Source: an uncultured Methylomirabilota bacterium
Lineage (GTDB): Bacteria > Methylomirabilota > Methylomirabilia > Methylomirabilales > 2-02-FULL-66-22
Length of the DNA: 64,000 nucleotides
Assembly: GCA_963705305.1 (NCBI GenBank)
Contig: OY970067.1
Location: forward strand, 2,048,001-2,112,000
Reading direction: 5' to 3'
The notes below the pieces were generated by a model, which ran no database searches, was not told where the DNA came from, and worked only from the letters and a program-made list of their open reading frames with translations. How positions within the stretch are numbered: position 1 is the stretch's first letter; the number at the start of each line of letters is the position of its first letter. Below are positions 29,130-40,522 of the stretch, one piece after another. Position numbers and translations under genes: made by a program.

Positions 29130-29825
29130 ATGAAGGCCATCGGGTACATTCGGGTAAGCACGGAAGGGCAGGCGGACACCGGGGTGAGCCTGGAGGCGCA
29201 GCGGGAGCGCATCGAGGCGTGGGCGACGGCGAACGGAGCGGAGCTGCTGACTATCCACCAGGACGCGGGGCTTTCCGCGAAGCGGGCGGATAACCGGCCC
29301 GCGTTGCAGGCGGCCCTCGCGCAAGCCTGCCGGGAGCGGGCGGCCTTGGTGGTGTACTCCCTGTCCAGGCTGTCCCGGAGCATCAAGGATACCCTTCAGA
29401 TCGGGGAACGGCTGGCCAAGGCGGGCGCCGACCTGGTGAGCCTGTCGGAGCGGATTGACACCACGAACGCGGCGGGGCGGATGGTGTTCAACATGCTGGC
29501 CGTCCTGAGCCAATTCGAGCGGGAGCAGATCGGGGAGCGCACCCGGACGGCCATGTCCCACCTACGGACCCAGGGCCGGCGGATCTCCGGGGCGATCCCC
29601 TTCGGGTACGACTTGGCCCAGGACGGCGCTACCCTCACCGAGAACCCCGGGGAGCAGGCGAACGTCCGGCTGATTTGCGACCTCCGGGGCGAGGGATGGA
29701 GCCTCCGCGCCATTGCGGGCGAGCTGGGGCGGCGGGGCATCCCGACCAAGAGCGGACGGCCCTGGTCGGCCACGGTGATTCGAGGCATCATCGCGCGCGC
29801 CCGCCACCTGGAGCGGGCGGCGTAG
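29130..29825 (+). CDS. Serine recombinase (resolvase family with short recombinase domain)
   Basis: YIRVST (catalytic Ser), SRLSRS, FEREQIGERT, PFGY, C-terminal HTH. Confidence 0.93.
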   Translation: MKAIGYIRVSTEGQADTGVSLEAQRERIEAWATANGAELLTIHQDAGLSAKRADNRPALQAALAQACRERAALVVYSLSRLSRSIKDTLQIGERLAKAGADLVSLSERIDTTNAAGRMVFNMLAVLSQFEREQIGERTRTAMSHLRTQGRRISGAIPFGYDLAQDGATLTENPGEQANVRLICDLRGEGWSLRAIAGELGRRGIPTKSGRPWSATVIRGIIARARHLERAA

Positions 29826-29838
29826 GGAGGCACACCCC

Positions 29839-30072
29839 ATGACCGCGAAGAAGCCCACACCCGAGCAGACGAGGAAGCTGGACAAGCTGGCGAAGGCCCT
29901 CAAGGACGTTCCCCCGGAGCGTCTGCGGACGATCCTGCGCAAGAATGCCGTCCTGCAAATTCGCCTGTCCGCAACGGAGAAGGCCAGTATCGAGCAGGCG
30001 GCGAAGCGGCGCGGCCTGAGCGTGACAAGCTACATTCTGCGATTGCATGAGCAGGCAGACCGCCTGCAGTAA
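29839..30072 (+). CDS. Ribbon-helix-helix DNA-binding protein (DUF1778/MobC-like)
   Basis: LQIRLSATEKASIEQAAKRRGLSVTSYI; GGAGG RBS. Confidence 0.75.
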   Translation: MTAKKPTPEQTRKLDKLAKALKDVPPERLRTILRKNAVLQIRLSATEKASIEQAAKRRGLSVTSYILRLHEQADRLQ

Positions 30073-30091
30073 AGACAGGAGGGGAGGTAGC

Positions 30092-31400
30092 ATGGGCGAG
30101 AAGCGCACCCAGGAAAGCGGAATAGCGGAAATGGTGAAGGGGAAGCGACCAGCCGCACCCAAGGTCAAAGGCGTGTTTGAGCGCGGCGGGGAGTGGTGGA
30201 TTCGCTGGCACTGTACCCTTGGCCACGAACACCGGGAGAAGGTCGGCCCCCGTGGGCTGGCGAAGGAACGGCACGGGGCCAGGCGGCGAGAGGTGCGAGA
30301 GGCCCGGCGGGATGGGCGGGAGTATTGTCCGAACCTTGACCCCCGACCGCATCCGATCATGTTCAAGGACCTCTGCCGAGAGTACAAGGCCTATGCCGAG
30401 GCGAACAAGCGCTCGCACCGGGACGACCGCCCGCGGCTGGCCAGGCTGCTGAAAGCCTTCCGCCGGAAGCTTGCTCGCGATATCACGCCCCAGGACGTAG
30501 AGGCCCTCAAGGTCTCGTTGGCCACTACGGCCCGCGGCGGCCGGCGGGGCGGCGATCCCGAGGAAAGGGGTAACCCCCTGAAGGTCGCGACCGTGAATCA
30601 CCACTTGAAGCTGCTCAAGGCGATCTTCAATCGCGGGATCAAGACAGGGAAGCTGACCTATAACCCCGTGCGAGCGGTCAAGCTGTTCAAGGAGAACAAT
30701 GCCCGGAATCGGTGCCTGAGTGCCGAGGAAGAGGCCCGGCTGTTCGCGCACCTTCCCGAGAGCATCAAGCCCCTGGTGACCGTGGCCCTTCACACGGGGA
30801 TGAGGCAGGGAGAGCTATTGGCCCTCCGGTGGGATGACGTGGATTTCTACACGGGGACGCTTAGGGTCCGCGAGGCTAAGTCGGGCGAGGGGCGATCCGT
30901 GGTGATGAACAGCGTTGTCCGGGCTGCGCTCCAAACCGTGCGGCGGGAGCAGATCCAGAAGGCCCGGGCGGAGGCGAAAGGCGGGCGGGAGATCCTGAGC
31001 CCCTACGTGTTCTGCTCAAACAAGGGCCGTTTCCTGCACAACCTCGCCAAGGCCTGGTATCCGGCCCTGGAGGCGGCAGGAATCGAAGATTTTCGTTTCC
31101 ATGACCTCCGGACACACCTTCGCATCTCGCCTTGCAATGGCGGGCGTGGACCTGTACACCGTGCAACGGGCCGGGGGGTGGAAAACGGCGGTCATGGTCC
31201 AGCGGTACGCGCACCTGTCGCCGGACCATGTACGCGCGGCGGTGGAGCGGCTGACTCAGCGTGGAAGCGGCACCCAGACCGGCACCAGGGCTTTTCGTGG
31301 GAATCCCGGCGACGGCGTAAGTGCTGAAGAACACATGGTGACCCGGCCGGGAGTCGAACCCGGAACACCCGGCTTAAAAGGCCGGTACTCTGCCAGTTGA
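30092..31400 (+). pseudogene. Tyrosine integrase with +1 frameshift at the HxLRH motif (possibly a sequencing error)
   Basis: TGMRQGE, FHDLR | HTFASRL, QRYAH; extra A at 31112; the corrected frame reads through att to a stop at 31400. Confidence 0.88.
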
Positions 31401-31411
31401 GCTACCGGGTC
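31336..31411 (-). tRNA. tRNA-Lys (anticodon TTT)
   Basis: 76-nt cloverleaf GACCCGG...CCGGGTC-A-CCA; anticodon loop CTTTTAA; T-loop GTTCGAC. Confidence 0.97.
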
Positions 31412-31503
31412 AGGCGGAACGATCGAAGACGGATCAAATTATAGCCCCGCGCGGCGGGACAGTCAAAAGAGACTGACCTCACCCGAGCCACGGCCCCTCG
31501 CGC

Positions 31504-32832
<1,329 letters not shown>

Positions 32833-32900
32833 CTACCGGTTGATTGGATCGCCTCCCAGACGGTCCGGTCGGCATCGCTCCCGGGCCGAAAGGTCCCTGC

Positions 32901-34199
32901 TCAGGCCGGCCACGGGGAGTCCCCCCGGGCCACGGCGGCCTCGAAGATCTCCAAGGCCATCGTACGCTGCGCCCCGGTTCGCAGTTCGTGGAGGAGCAGC
33001 GCGCCCGCCGGCTGATCGCCGGCGCCGAGGATCACGGCCCAGCGGATGGCGGCGGCCCGGGCATACGCCAAAGAGCCCTCCAGGTCGCGCTTGATGATGT
33101 CCCGAGCCACGCGGATGCCATGGCTCCGCAGCAGGCGGGCCAGCCGGTGGGCGACCCGCTTGTCCGGATTGAACTCGATCAGAAGGACATCCGGCCCGGG
33201 AGCCTCCGGCAGGGCCTGGGCCGCCTCCAGGGCGGCCATGACCCGCTCCAGGTCAAAACTGAACCCCGTGGCCGGACAGGGATATCCGAACTGCCCGATG
33301 AGATGATCGTAGCGACCGCCCCCGGACAGCTGGTACCCCAGCCCGCGGGCGAAGGCTCCGAAGACGATCCCCGTGCAGTATTCGAATGCGTGCGCCTCCG
33401 CCAAATCCAGGATCACGTGCTCGGCCAGCCCGTAATTTTCCAGGATGGTCACGACGTCGGCCAGGTTCGACACCGCCGCCCGCGACGCCGGCGGGAGCCG
33501 CAGCCGGGACGCCTCCGCCAGGATCCCGCGGTCGCCATACAGCCGGGGCAGGGTCAGCAGGGCCTCCCTCCAGGCGGGATCTCCAGGGACCTCCTTCAGG
33601 AGGAGCTCCAGCTCCGCAGGGTCCTTGCGACGCACGGCCGAGACGATGCGCGAGCGCAGGGGGGTCGGCGGCTGCAAGGCATCGAGCAGGCCGCGGACCA
33701 CCTCTACCTGCCCCACGTCGATCTGAAAGGCCGTCAGTCCGGCGGCCTGGCAGCCCTCGACCGTCATGGCGATCATCTCGGCGTCCGCTTCGGCATCCTC
33801 CAGCCCGATCAGCTCGACCCCGACCTGGCGGAACTCCCGCTGCCGGCCGGCGCGGGGCTCGTGGTAGCGGAACACGTTCCCGGCGTAGGCGAGACGCAGG
33901 GGCAGGGACGCGCGGCGCAGGGTGGTCGCGACCAGCCGAGCCACCTGCGGGGTCAGATCCACGCGCAGGGCCAGCAGGCGGCCGGTCTGGCGGTCGACGA
34001 ACTTGAAGATCTGATCGTCGGCCTCCTCTCCCGTGGGACGCTCGAACACCTCCAAGTACTCGAACGTGGGGGTCGTGATCTCCCGGAACCCCCAGCGCTC
34101 GAAGACGGAGAGGAGGCGCTGCTCCACCGTGCGCCTCTGCGCGGTCTCAGTGGGGGTGAAGACGCGCACCCCTTTCGGAATGGCTGTGCGAGGGATCAT
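32901..34199 (-). CDS. hisZ: ATP phosphoribosyltransferase regulatory subunit
   Basis: HisRS-like fold (LRVDLTPQVAR, REFRQVGVELIG, GGGRYD) adjacent to purA. Confidence 0.9.
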   Translation of the reverse strand: MIPRTAIPKGVRVFTPTETAQRRTVEQRLLSVFERWGFREITTPTFEYLEVFERPTGEEADDQIFKFVDRQTGRLLALRVDLTPQVARLVATTLRRASLPLRLAYAGNVFRYHEPRAGRQREFRQVGVELIGLEDAEADAEMIAMTVEGCQAAGLTAFQIDVGQVEVVRGLLDALQPPTPLRSRIVSAVRRKDPAELELLLKEVPGDPAWREALLTLPRLYGDRGILAEASRLRLPPASRAAVSNLADVVTILENYGLAEHVILDLAEAHAFEYCTGIVFGAFARGLGYQLSGGGRYDHLIGQFGYPCPATGFSFDLERVMAALEAAQALPEAPGPDVLLIEFNPDKRVAHRLARLLRSHGIRVARDIIKRDLEGSLAYARAAAIRWAVILGAGDQPAGALLLHELRTGAQRTMALEIFEAAVARGDSPWPA

Positions 34200-34299
34200 C
34201 GGTCACGACTCGCAGTTTCCGGTTCGAACGTCTTCTGTTCGAGGTTCGCAATCCGGAACATCGAACCTGCAACCTCGAACAGGTCAACCGCTTTTTGCC

Positions 34300-35907
34300 T
34301 TACACCCGGACCAGCTTGGCGTAGACGACGTTGGGCATCCGCCGGATCTCGTTCAAGACCGGCCCGGGGATGGGCTCGTCCACGTTCACCACCGAGACGG
34401 CGCGGCCGCCGCGCTGCTCGCGCCCCAACGCCATCCCGGCGATGTTGACGTTGCTCTGTCCCAAGAGCGTCCCCAGCCGGCCGACCATGCCGGGCACGTC
34501 CAGGTTGGAAAAGATCAGGAGGTAGCCGTCCGGGACCGCCTCCAGGCGGAACCCGTCGATGTCCACGACCCGCGGCGCTTGCCCGTAGAGGGTGCCGGCC
34601 ACCCGGGTTTCCCCCTGGTCCGTGCGCAGGGCGACCGAGATCAGGCTGGCGAAATCCGTCAGCTCGGCGGACTTCGTCTCGACCACCCGGACGCCGCGCG
34701 CTCGGCACACCGCCATAGCATTGACCATGTTCACGTCGTCGTGGATGGGGTCCATGATCCCCTTGACCGTCCCCGCCGTCAACGGGGCGCAGTCCAGCCT
34801 GGCGATGTCCCCGCGAAAGGCCAGCTGCACCTCGGCCAGGCGCCCTTCGGCCAACTGGGACGCCAGGCGCCCCAGCTTTTCGCCCAGGGTGAGGTACGGT
34901 TGAAGCGCGCGCAGCAGCTCCAGCGGGACCGACGGGGCGTTGACCGCGTTCCGGATGATGCCCCGCTGCAGGTAATCCACGATCTGCTGGGCCACCTCCA
35001 CCGCCACCGCCTCCTGGGCCTCTTCGCTGGCCGCGCCGAGGTGCGGGGTCGAGATGAAGTTGGGAAGGGCGAACAGGGGACTGTCCGTGACGGGTTCTTC
35101 GGCAAACACGTCCAGAGCGGCCCCGGCCACCTTGCCCCTCGTAAGGGCGTCGTGCAGGTCCGCCTCGTTGACGATGCCGCCCCGGGCGCAGTTCACGATT
35201 CGGACGCCGTCCTTCATCCGGGCGATGCTCGCGGCGCAGATGAGGTTTGCGGTCTCCGGCGTCCGGGGAATGTGGAGGGTGATGAAATCCGCCTGGCGAT
35301 ACAGGTCGGGCAGCTCGGCCAGCTCCACGCCGAGGGCCTGGGCCCGCTCGGCGCTGATGAAGGGATCGAAGACCAGCAGCCGCACATTGAATCCCTTGGC
35401 CCGTTTGGCCACCTCGCTGCCGATCCGCCCCAACCCGATGATGCCCAGGGTCTTGCCCGACAGCTCGGTGCTGACGAACTTCTCCTTCTCCCACTTCCCG
35501 GCCTTCATGGAGGCGGCGGCCTGGGGGATGCGCTTGGCCAGGCTGAGGAGCATGGCCAGCGTGTGCTCGGCGGCGCTGATGGCGTTGCCACCCGGCGTGT
35601 TCATCACCACCACGCCCCGGGTCGTGGCGGCCTCGAGGTCGACGTTGTCCACGCCGACGCCGGCTCGGCCCACCGCCTTGAGCCGCGGCGCGCCCGCCAG
35701 GACGTCCGCGGTGACCCGCGTGGCGCTGCGCACGATGAGGGCGTCCGCGGCCTGGAGGCGCTCCTTGAGGGCCTCGGGCGACATGGAGTTCCGGACATCC
35801 ACCTCGATGCCCGGACTTCCCAGGAGCAGGTCCACCCCCTTCGGCGACAGGTTGTCGGTCACCAGGACCCGTGCGCGCGAGATAGGCAACTCGAACTGAC
35901 CGGTCAT
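34300..35907 (-). CDS. serA: D-3-phosphoglycerate dehydrogenase
   Basis: GRAGVGVDNVD, GLGRIG, NCARGG, TPHLGAS, C-terminal ACT domain. Confidence 0.96.
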   Translation of the reverse strand: MTGQFELPISRARVLVTDNLSPKGVDLLLGSPGIEVDVRNSMSPEALKERLQAADALIVRSATRVTADVLAGAPRLKAVGRAGVGVDNVDLEAATTRGVVVMNTPGGNAISAAEHTLAMLLSLAKRIPQAAASMKAGKWEKEKFVSTELSGKTLGIIGLGRIGSEVAKRAKGFNVRLLVFDPFISAERAQALGVELAELPDLYRQADFITLHIPRTPETANLICAASIARMKDGVRIVNCARGGIVNEADLHDALTRGKVAGAALDVFAEEPVTDSPLFALPNFISTPHLGAASEEAQEAVAVEVAQQIVDYLQRGIIRNAVNAPSVPLELLRALQPYLTLGEKLGRLASQLAEGRLAEVQLAFRGDIARLDCAPLTAGTVKGIMDPIHDDVNMVNAMAVCRARGVRVVETKSAELTDFASLISVALRTDQGETRVAGTLYGQAPRVVDIDGFRLEAVPDGYLLIFSNLDVPGMVGRLGTLLGQSNVNIAGMALGREQRGGRAVSVVNVDEPIPGPVLNEIRRMPNVVYAKLVRV

Positions 35908-35938
35908 GCGTCCCCCCGTGCGACGGACCATCGCGGCC

Positions 35939-37066
35939 CTACGCCCGCAAGACCTCTTCGGCGGCCGCCACACCCCGGCCCAAGGTCAGGGGATGCCCCA
36001 GGCCGGCCAGGACCATCTCCAGCGCCCCCAGGACGGTCAGGATGTCGAAGCCGTCCACATAGCCCATGTGCGCGATCCGAAAGATCTTTCCCTTCATGCT
36101 CCCCTGCCCGCCGGCGATGGTGATTCCCCGGGCGCGCAGGCCTTTGACTATGGTCCCCCCGTCGACCGTGGCCGGGGCCTTGGCGGCGGTGCAGGCGTTC
36201 CCCGGATGCTCGGCGAACAGCTCCAGCCCCAGCGCCTGGATGCCCGCCCGGGTGGCGCGGGCCAGCCGCTCGTGCCGGGCAAAGACATTGGACAGTCCCT
36301 CCGCCAGGATGAGCCGCAGGGACTCCCGCAGCCCCACGACCAGGGACACCGCGGGCGTATAGGCGCTCTGGTTAGCCTGGATGGCCTTCCGCTCGGCCGC
36401 GAAATCGAAATAGTACCTGGGAAGCCGGGCTCGGGGAGCCAGCGCCCAGGCCTTGTCGGAGACGGCGGCGAAGGCCAGACCGGGGGGCAGCATCAGCGCT
36501 TTCTGGGATCCGGCCACGACGGTGTCCACCCCCCAGGCGTCCATGGGCAGGTCCATGACCCCCAGGCTGGTGATGGCATCCACCACCAGGATGGCCTTGG
36601 TCTGGCGGACGACGGCGGCGATGGCCTGGATGTCGTGCATCGCCCCGGTGGAGGTCTCGCTATGGGTGGCGAGGACGGCCTTGGCGTCCGGCTCGCGATG
36701 CAGGGCGGCGGCAATCGCGGCGGGGTCCACGCTCTGCCCGTAGGGCACGTCCACCGGGTGGACGCGCACCCCGTAGGCCTCGCAGATCTCGGCCCAGCGC
36801 TCCCCGAACTTCCCCCCGCGCACGACCACCACGAGGTCGCCCGGGGACAGCGTGTTCACCACCGCGCCTTCCATGGCCCCGGTCCCCGAGGCGGCGAACA
36901 TCAGGACCTCGTTCTGGCACTGGAAGAGTAGGCGCAGGTCCCGGCGCACGTCGGCGAACAGGGCCTCGTACTCCGGCGTCCGATGATGGATGATGGGCTG
37001 GGCCATGGCCTGGAGAATCTGAGGGGGGATCGGGGTGGGACCCGGCGCGAGCAGGTAGTGCTTCAT
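35939..37066 (-). CDS. Class V PLP aminotransferase (alanine-glyoxylate/phosphoserine type)
   Basis: PGPT, HHRT, SGTGAME, VDAITS, GSQKAL, FRIAHMG; upstream of serA. Confidence 0.92.
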   Translation of the reverse strand: MKHYLLAPGPTPIPPQILQAMAQPIIHHRTPEYEALFADVRRDLRLLFQCQNEVLMFAASGTGAMEGAVVNTLSPGDLVVVVRGGKFGERWAEICEAYGVRVHPVDVPYGQSVDPAAIAAALHREPDAKAVLATHSETSTGAMHDIQAIAAVVRQTKAILVVDAITSLGVMDLPMDAWGVDTVVAGSQKALMLPPGLAFAAVSDKAWALAPRARLPRYYFDFAAERKAIQANQSAYTPAVSLVVGLRESLRLILAEGLSNVFARHERLARATRAGIQALGLELFAEHPGNACTAAKAPATVDGGTIVKGLRARGITIAGGQGSMKGKIFRIAHMGYVDGFDILTVLGALEMVLAGLGHPLTLGRGVAAAEEVLRA

Positions 37067-37363
37067 CAGGCGAATCCTCTTACGGGAATGGCGACGGAAA
37101 GACCCCGGATCGTGCGGCGTGGCCGGCGGCCTGGACACGGGGCGCACCGGGATGGCGCTGCTGCAAGGCAGGCGACATTCCTTGGGGACTATACTCAAGC
37201 GCCGCAAGATGTGTCAAGGCGATTCCCGGCCGGGCGCGCCCGGCCGAAGGGTGCTCGAGCCCTTGAGGAAGGCGGGTGCCTATGCTAGGGTGCACCAGCC
37301 GGCAGGGGCAGCCGGGAGATCCGGCGGGCAGCCATCCGGGGCGGTTGGCCGGAAGGGACGAGC

Positions 37364-38242
37364 GTGACCGAAAAGAAGTGGCGCGGGTATGCGATGGTTG
37401 TCGGGGCCACCATCTGCTGGGGGACCATGGCCACGGTGGCGAAACTTCTATTCCGCGACCGCGGCGTGGATCCGCTGGTCCTGGTGGTGGTCCGATCATA
37501 CCTGGCTGCCCTCATCCTGCTCTTGGGCTTGGCTGCCGTGAACATCGGACAGCTGCGGGTCGGCCGGCGGCAGCTCTGGGCGGCGGGGATCGTGGGCGTG
37601 GGCGGCCTCATGACCAACAACTTTCTCTACTTCGAGGCCATCCATCTGACCAATGTGGCGACGGCCCTGCTGCTCCAGTACCAGGCCCCCGTCCTGGTTG
37701 CGCTCTACTCGCTGCTGGTCGACCGGCAGCGGCTTTCCGGCCGGCTGGTCATGAGCCTGGGGCTGGCGGTGGGAGGATCCGTGCTGGTAGTGCGGGCCTA
37801 CGACCCGGCGGTGCTTCGCACCGACTTCCTGGGCGTCGCCGCGGGCCTGGGCACGGCGTTCGCCTTCGCCTTTTACATCCTGACCAGCCGGGCCGCCCTT
37901 CGAACGCTCCCCCCCTGGACGCTCCTCGCCTATGCCTACCTGTGGGCCAGCGCCGTCTGGATGCCGATCCTGCCTCCCTGGCGGCTCGCCAGCCTCCTCT
38001 ACGGGGCCGGGACCTGGGCGGCGTTCCTGGCCATCGCCAGCATCGGGACCGTGATTCCCTTCGGCCTCTTCATCAGCAGTCTGCGCATCCTCGCCGCCAC
38101 GCAGGCGAGCATCGTCAGCGTCCTGGAGCCCGTGGTGGCGGCCTCCGCCGCCTTCCTGCTGCTGGGAGAGACCCTGCTCCCGCTCCAGATCCTGGGCGGG
38201 GGGATGGTCCTCGCTGGCGTGATCATGGTGCAAACCACGTAG
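37364..38242 (+). CDS. EamA/DMT family transporter
   Basis: About ten TM segments; LLQYQAP, LEPVVA. Confidence 0.88.
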   Translation: MTEKKWRGYAMVVGATICWGTMATVAKLLFRDRGVDPLVLVVVRSYLAALILLLGLAAVNIGQLRVGRRQLWAAGIVGVGGLMTNNFLYFEAIHLTNVATALLLQYQAPVLVALYSLLVDRQRLSGRLVMSLGLAVGGSVLVVRAYDPAVLRTDFLGVAAGLGTAFAFAFYILTSRAALRTLPPWTLLAYAYLWASAVWMPILPPWRLASLLYGAGTWAAFLAIASIGTVIPFGLFISSLRILAATQASIVSVLEPVVAASAAFLLLGETLLPLQILGGGMVLAGVIMVQTT

Positions 38243-39123
38243 GATACCCCCCCGGGCAGCTCGGCGCCGACGAGAATCAACTGACTGGGAGGCGCGGCGA
38301 TTACCGCTTGACGCTCGAGCGCTGAGTGTGCTTAATTGAAGAGCAGGCGGGATATCACGCACGAGAGACCCGCAGCCGCTGCATGCCCGCAACGCACGGG
38401 TCGAGGCGATGGACGCCCTGATTCTTTCTCTGGATGGATGGGCGGTGTTTTTGTTCGTGATGTCCGTCTTCCGGATTCCTCCTCCACGGTTCGCGATTGC
38501 CGGTAACCAGATTGACCACGCCCCTGCGAGTCGGGCGAGGCGATCGAGAGAAAGCACGACCTGCCTGCGGTGCCGGCCGGCTCATGGGGCACCGCACTGA
38601 CCGCATTCATACGTCTCCGCTCGGATCGTATCGGAAACGGGATGGGAGTTTACCGCCCAATGGCGGGACGCAGCGTCATTGGATAGACCGCGGCATTCAC
38701 TGCCTGATGTTGCGGCATGACCGCGGCGGGCGACTTCGGTCAAGCCATCTCGCCGCCGGGGTGATCCTCCATTCCCGGGTGGGCGCTGCACCGTGATCGA
38801 CGCGCCCTCTGCCTCCGGCAGAGGGTAACCGCACCCCGCCTCGGGCGGGACAGCCGCCGGATACCGGCGGATCGGGAAGGGGGGTGATAGATCGCAAGAG
38901 CCTGCCGGACCCGTGAGGCCGCGGAGCCTCCCGGTCTTTTCGGGGGCCCCTCCGGTGCAGGCGGCCCGGCATTCCCTCCACGAGGACTCCTCGGCGGCTG
39001 CCGTCTCGGGATCGATCGCGGCGGGCTCCGCAGGCCTTCCGGGGAATCCATCTGCGAGTGATGCGTGTTGTAACTGGGCGGCCGGGCTTCCTGGCCGCCA
39101 GGAGCGTACAAGGAGGCGCGGAA

Positions 39124-40422
39124 ATGAAGGACCACGGACCCACAAGCTCGCCGCGTCCGCGGCACGGCTCCCTGCGGTGGCTCGGCCTGGCCGGCGGTGC
39201 CATCGTCCTCGGGGTAGCCCTCGTCTTGCTCAGCGGCCTCGGCGGATGGGCGGCTGCCCGCGCGGCCGAGCCCATCAAGATCGGGATCCTGCTGCCCAAG
39301 TCCGGGACCTATTCCGTGCAGGGCATGTACGGGTACAACGGCGCCACGATCGCCGTGGACGACTTCGGCGGGAAGGTGCTGGGCCGGCCGATCCAGCTGC
39401 TCTGGGAGGACGAGTCGAATCCCCAGCAGTCGGTGCAGCGGATGCGCAAGTTCATTGAAGAGGACAAGGTCGTAGCGGTGCAGGGCGGGGTGAGCAGCGG
39501 CAACGTGCTGGCCATGATGCCCATCGCCCAGCAGGAGAAGGTCCTGCTGATGGCCTCGGATCCGAACGCGACGGAGATCACCGGGAAGAACTGCAACCGG
39601 TACACGTTCCGGGTGGATCTGCCGAACCATGTCACGGTGCAAACGGTGCTGCCGTCGCTCTGGCAAAACGGGAAGAACAAGCGCTGGTACTTCCTCTCGG
39701 CGTCGTACGCCTGGGGCATCGACGCGTACCAGCAGATGAAGGCCCTCCTCCAGAAGGAGCATCCCGACGCGGTGATCGTCGGGGAGGACCAGGCGCCCCT
39801 GGGCACGACGGACTTCAGCTCCTATCTGCTGAAGATGCGGGCGGAGAAGCCGCAGGTGGCGTTCCTGGGCGAGGGGGGCACGGACCTCACGGCCTTCCTG
39901 AAGCAGATGCACAACATGGGCATGACCCAGAGCGTTGTCGTGTCCTCGCCCATCGTGAACGACTCCGACTTCTGGGCGGCAGGACCGGAAGCCTCTACCG
40001 GGATCTACCCGAAGCTCTGGAACTACGACAGCCCGTATAACACCACCAGCAGCAAGGAGTTCGTCAAGCGGTACGAGGCCAAGTTCAAGGGGGCTCCCGA
40101 AGTCAACAGCTGGGGGGATTGGTTTGCCATGACGTCCATCCTGATGGCCATCCGGGAGACCCGCTCCACCGACTCGGCGAAGCTGGTCGAGTTCCTCGAG
40201 AATCACAAGTTCACCGGCTACAAGGACATGCCCATCTACTACCGCTCCTGGGACCACCAGCTCATCCAACCCACGTACGTGGCAGACGTGAGGAATCCCA
40301 TCACCACCAAGTACGACTACTTCAAGATCACTGCGCAAGAGCCCAAGGGTGGCGAGGCAGCGCTGAACGAATTCTACGGAACGCAGCAAGAGAGCGAGTG
40401 CCATATGGGGCCGCTCAACTAG
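39124..40422 (+). CDS. Liv-type ABC transporter substrate-binding protein
   Basis: Signal peptide, PIKIGILL, NRYTFR, YAWG, PLGTTDFSSYL. Confidence 0.9.
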   Translation: MKDHGPTSSPRPRHGSLRWLGLAGGAIVLGVALVLLSGLGGWAAARAAEPIKIGILLPKSGTYSVQGMYGYNGATIAVDDFGGKVLGRPIQLLWEDESNPQQSVQRMRKFIEEDKVVAVQGGVSSGNVLAMMPIAQQEKVLLMASDPNATEITGKNCNRYTFRVDLPNHVTVQTVLPSLWQNGKNKRWYFLSASYAWGIDAYQQMKALLQKEHPDAVIVGEDQAPLGTTDFSSYLLKMRAEKPQVAFLGEGGTDLTAFLKQMHNMGMTQSVVVSSPIVNDSDFWAAGPEASTGIYPKLWNYDSPYNTTSSKEFVKRYEAKFKGAPEVNSWGDWFAMTSILMAIRETRSTDSAKLVEFLENHKFTGYKDMPIYYRSWDHQLIQPTYVADVRNPITTKYDYFKITAQEPKGGEAALNEFYGTQQESECHMGPLN

Positions 40423-40522
40423 CCTCTCTTGTGTATTGAAGCTTGCGCGGCAGGCGGATGGGCGGCGCCGGGGGATGGACTTGTCCCCCGGCGCCGCTTT
40501 GGCACACAGACGGAAGGGGGGC

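Larger units (their letters stand above)
17315..31380. mobile_element. ~14-kb integrative element at tRNA-Lys (satellite/PICI-like)
   Basis: att direct repeats, tyrosine integrase, excisionase, primase-helicase, lower-GC cargo; no capsid, tail or conjugation genes recognised. Confidence 0.9.

Noticed and set aside
38810..38915. Cobalamin riboswitch (GGGAAGG ... GCCTGCC)
   Set aside because: The 5' core elements (GGGAA-CCGGTG-AA-TCC, GC-ACTGT) are missing.
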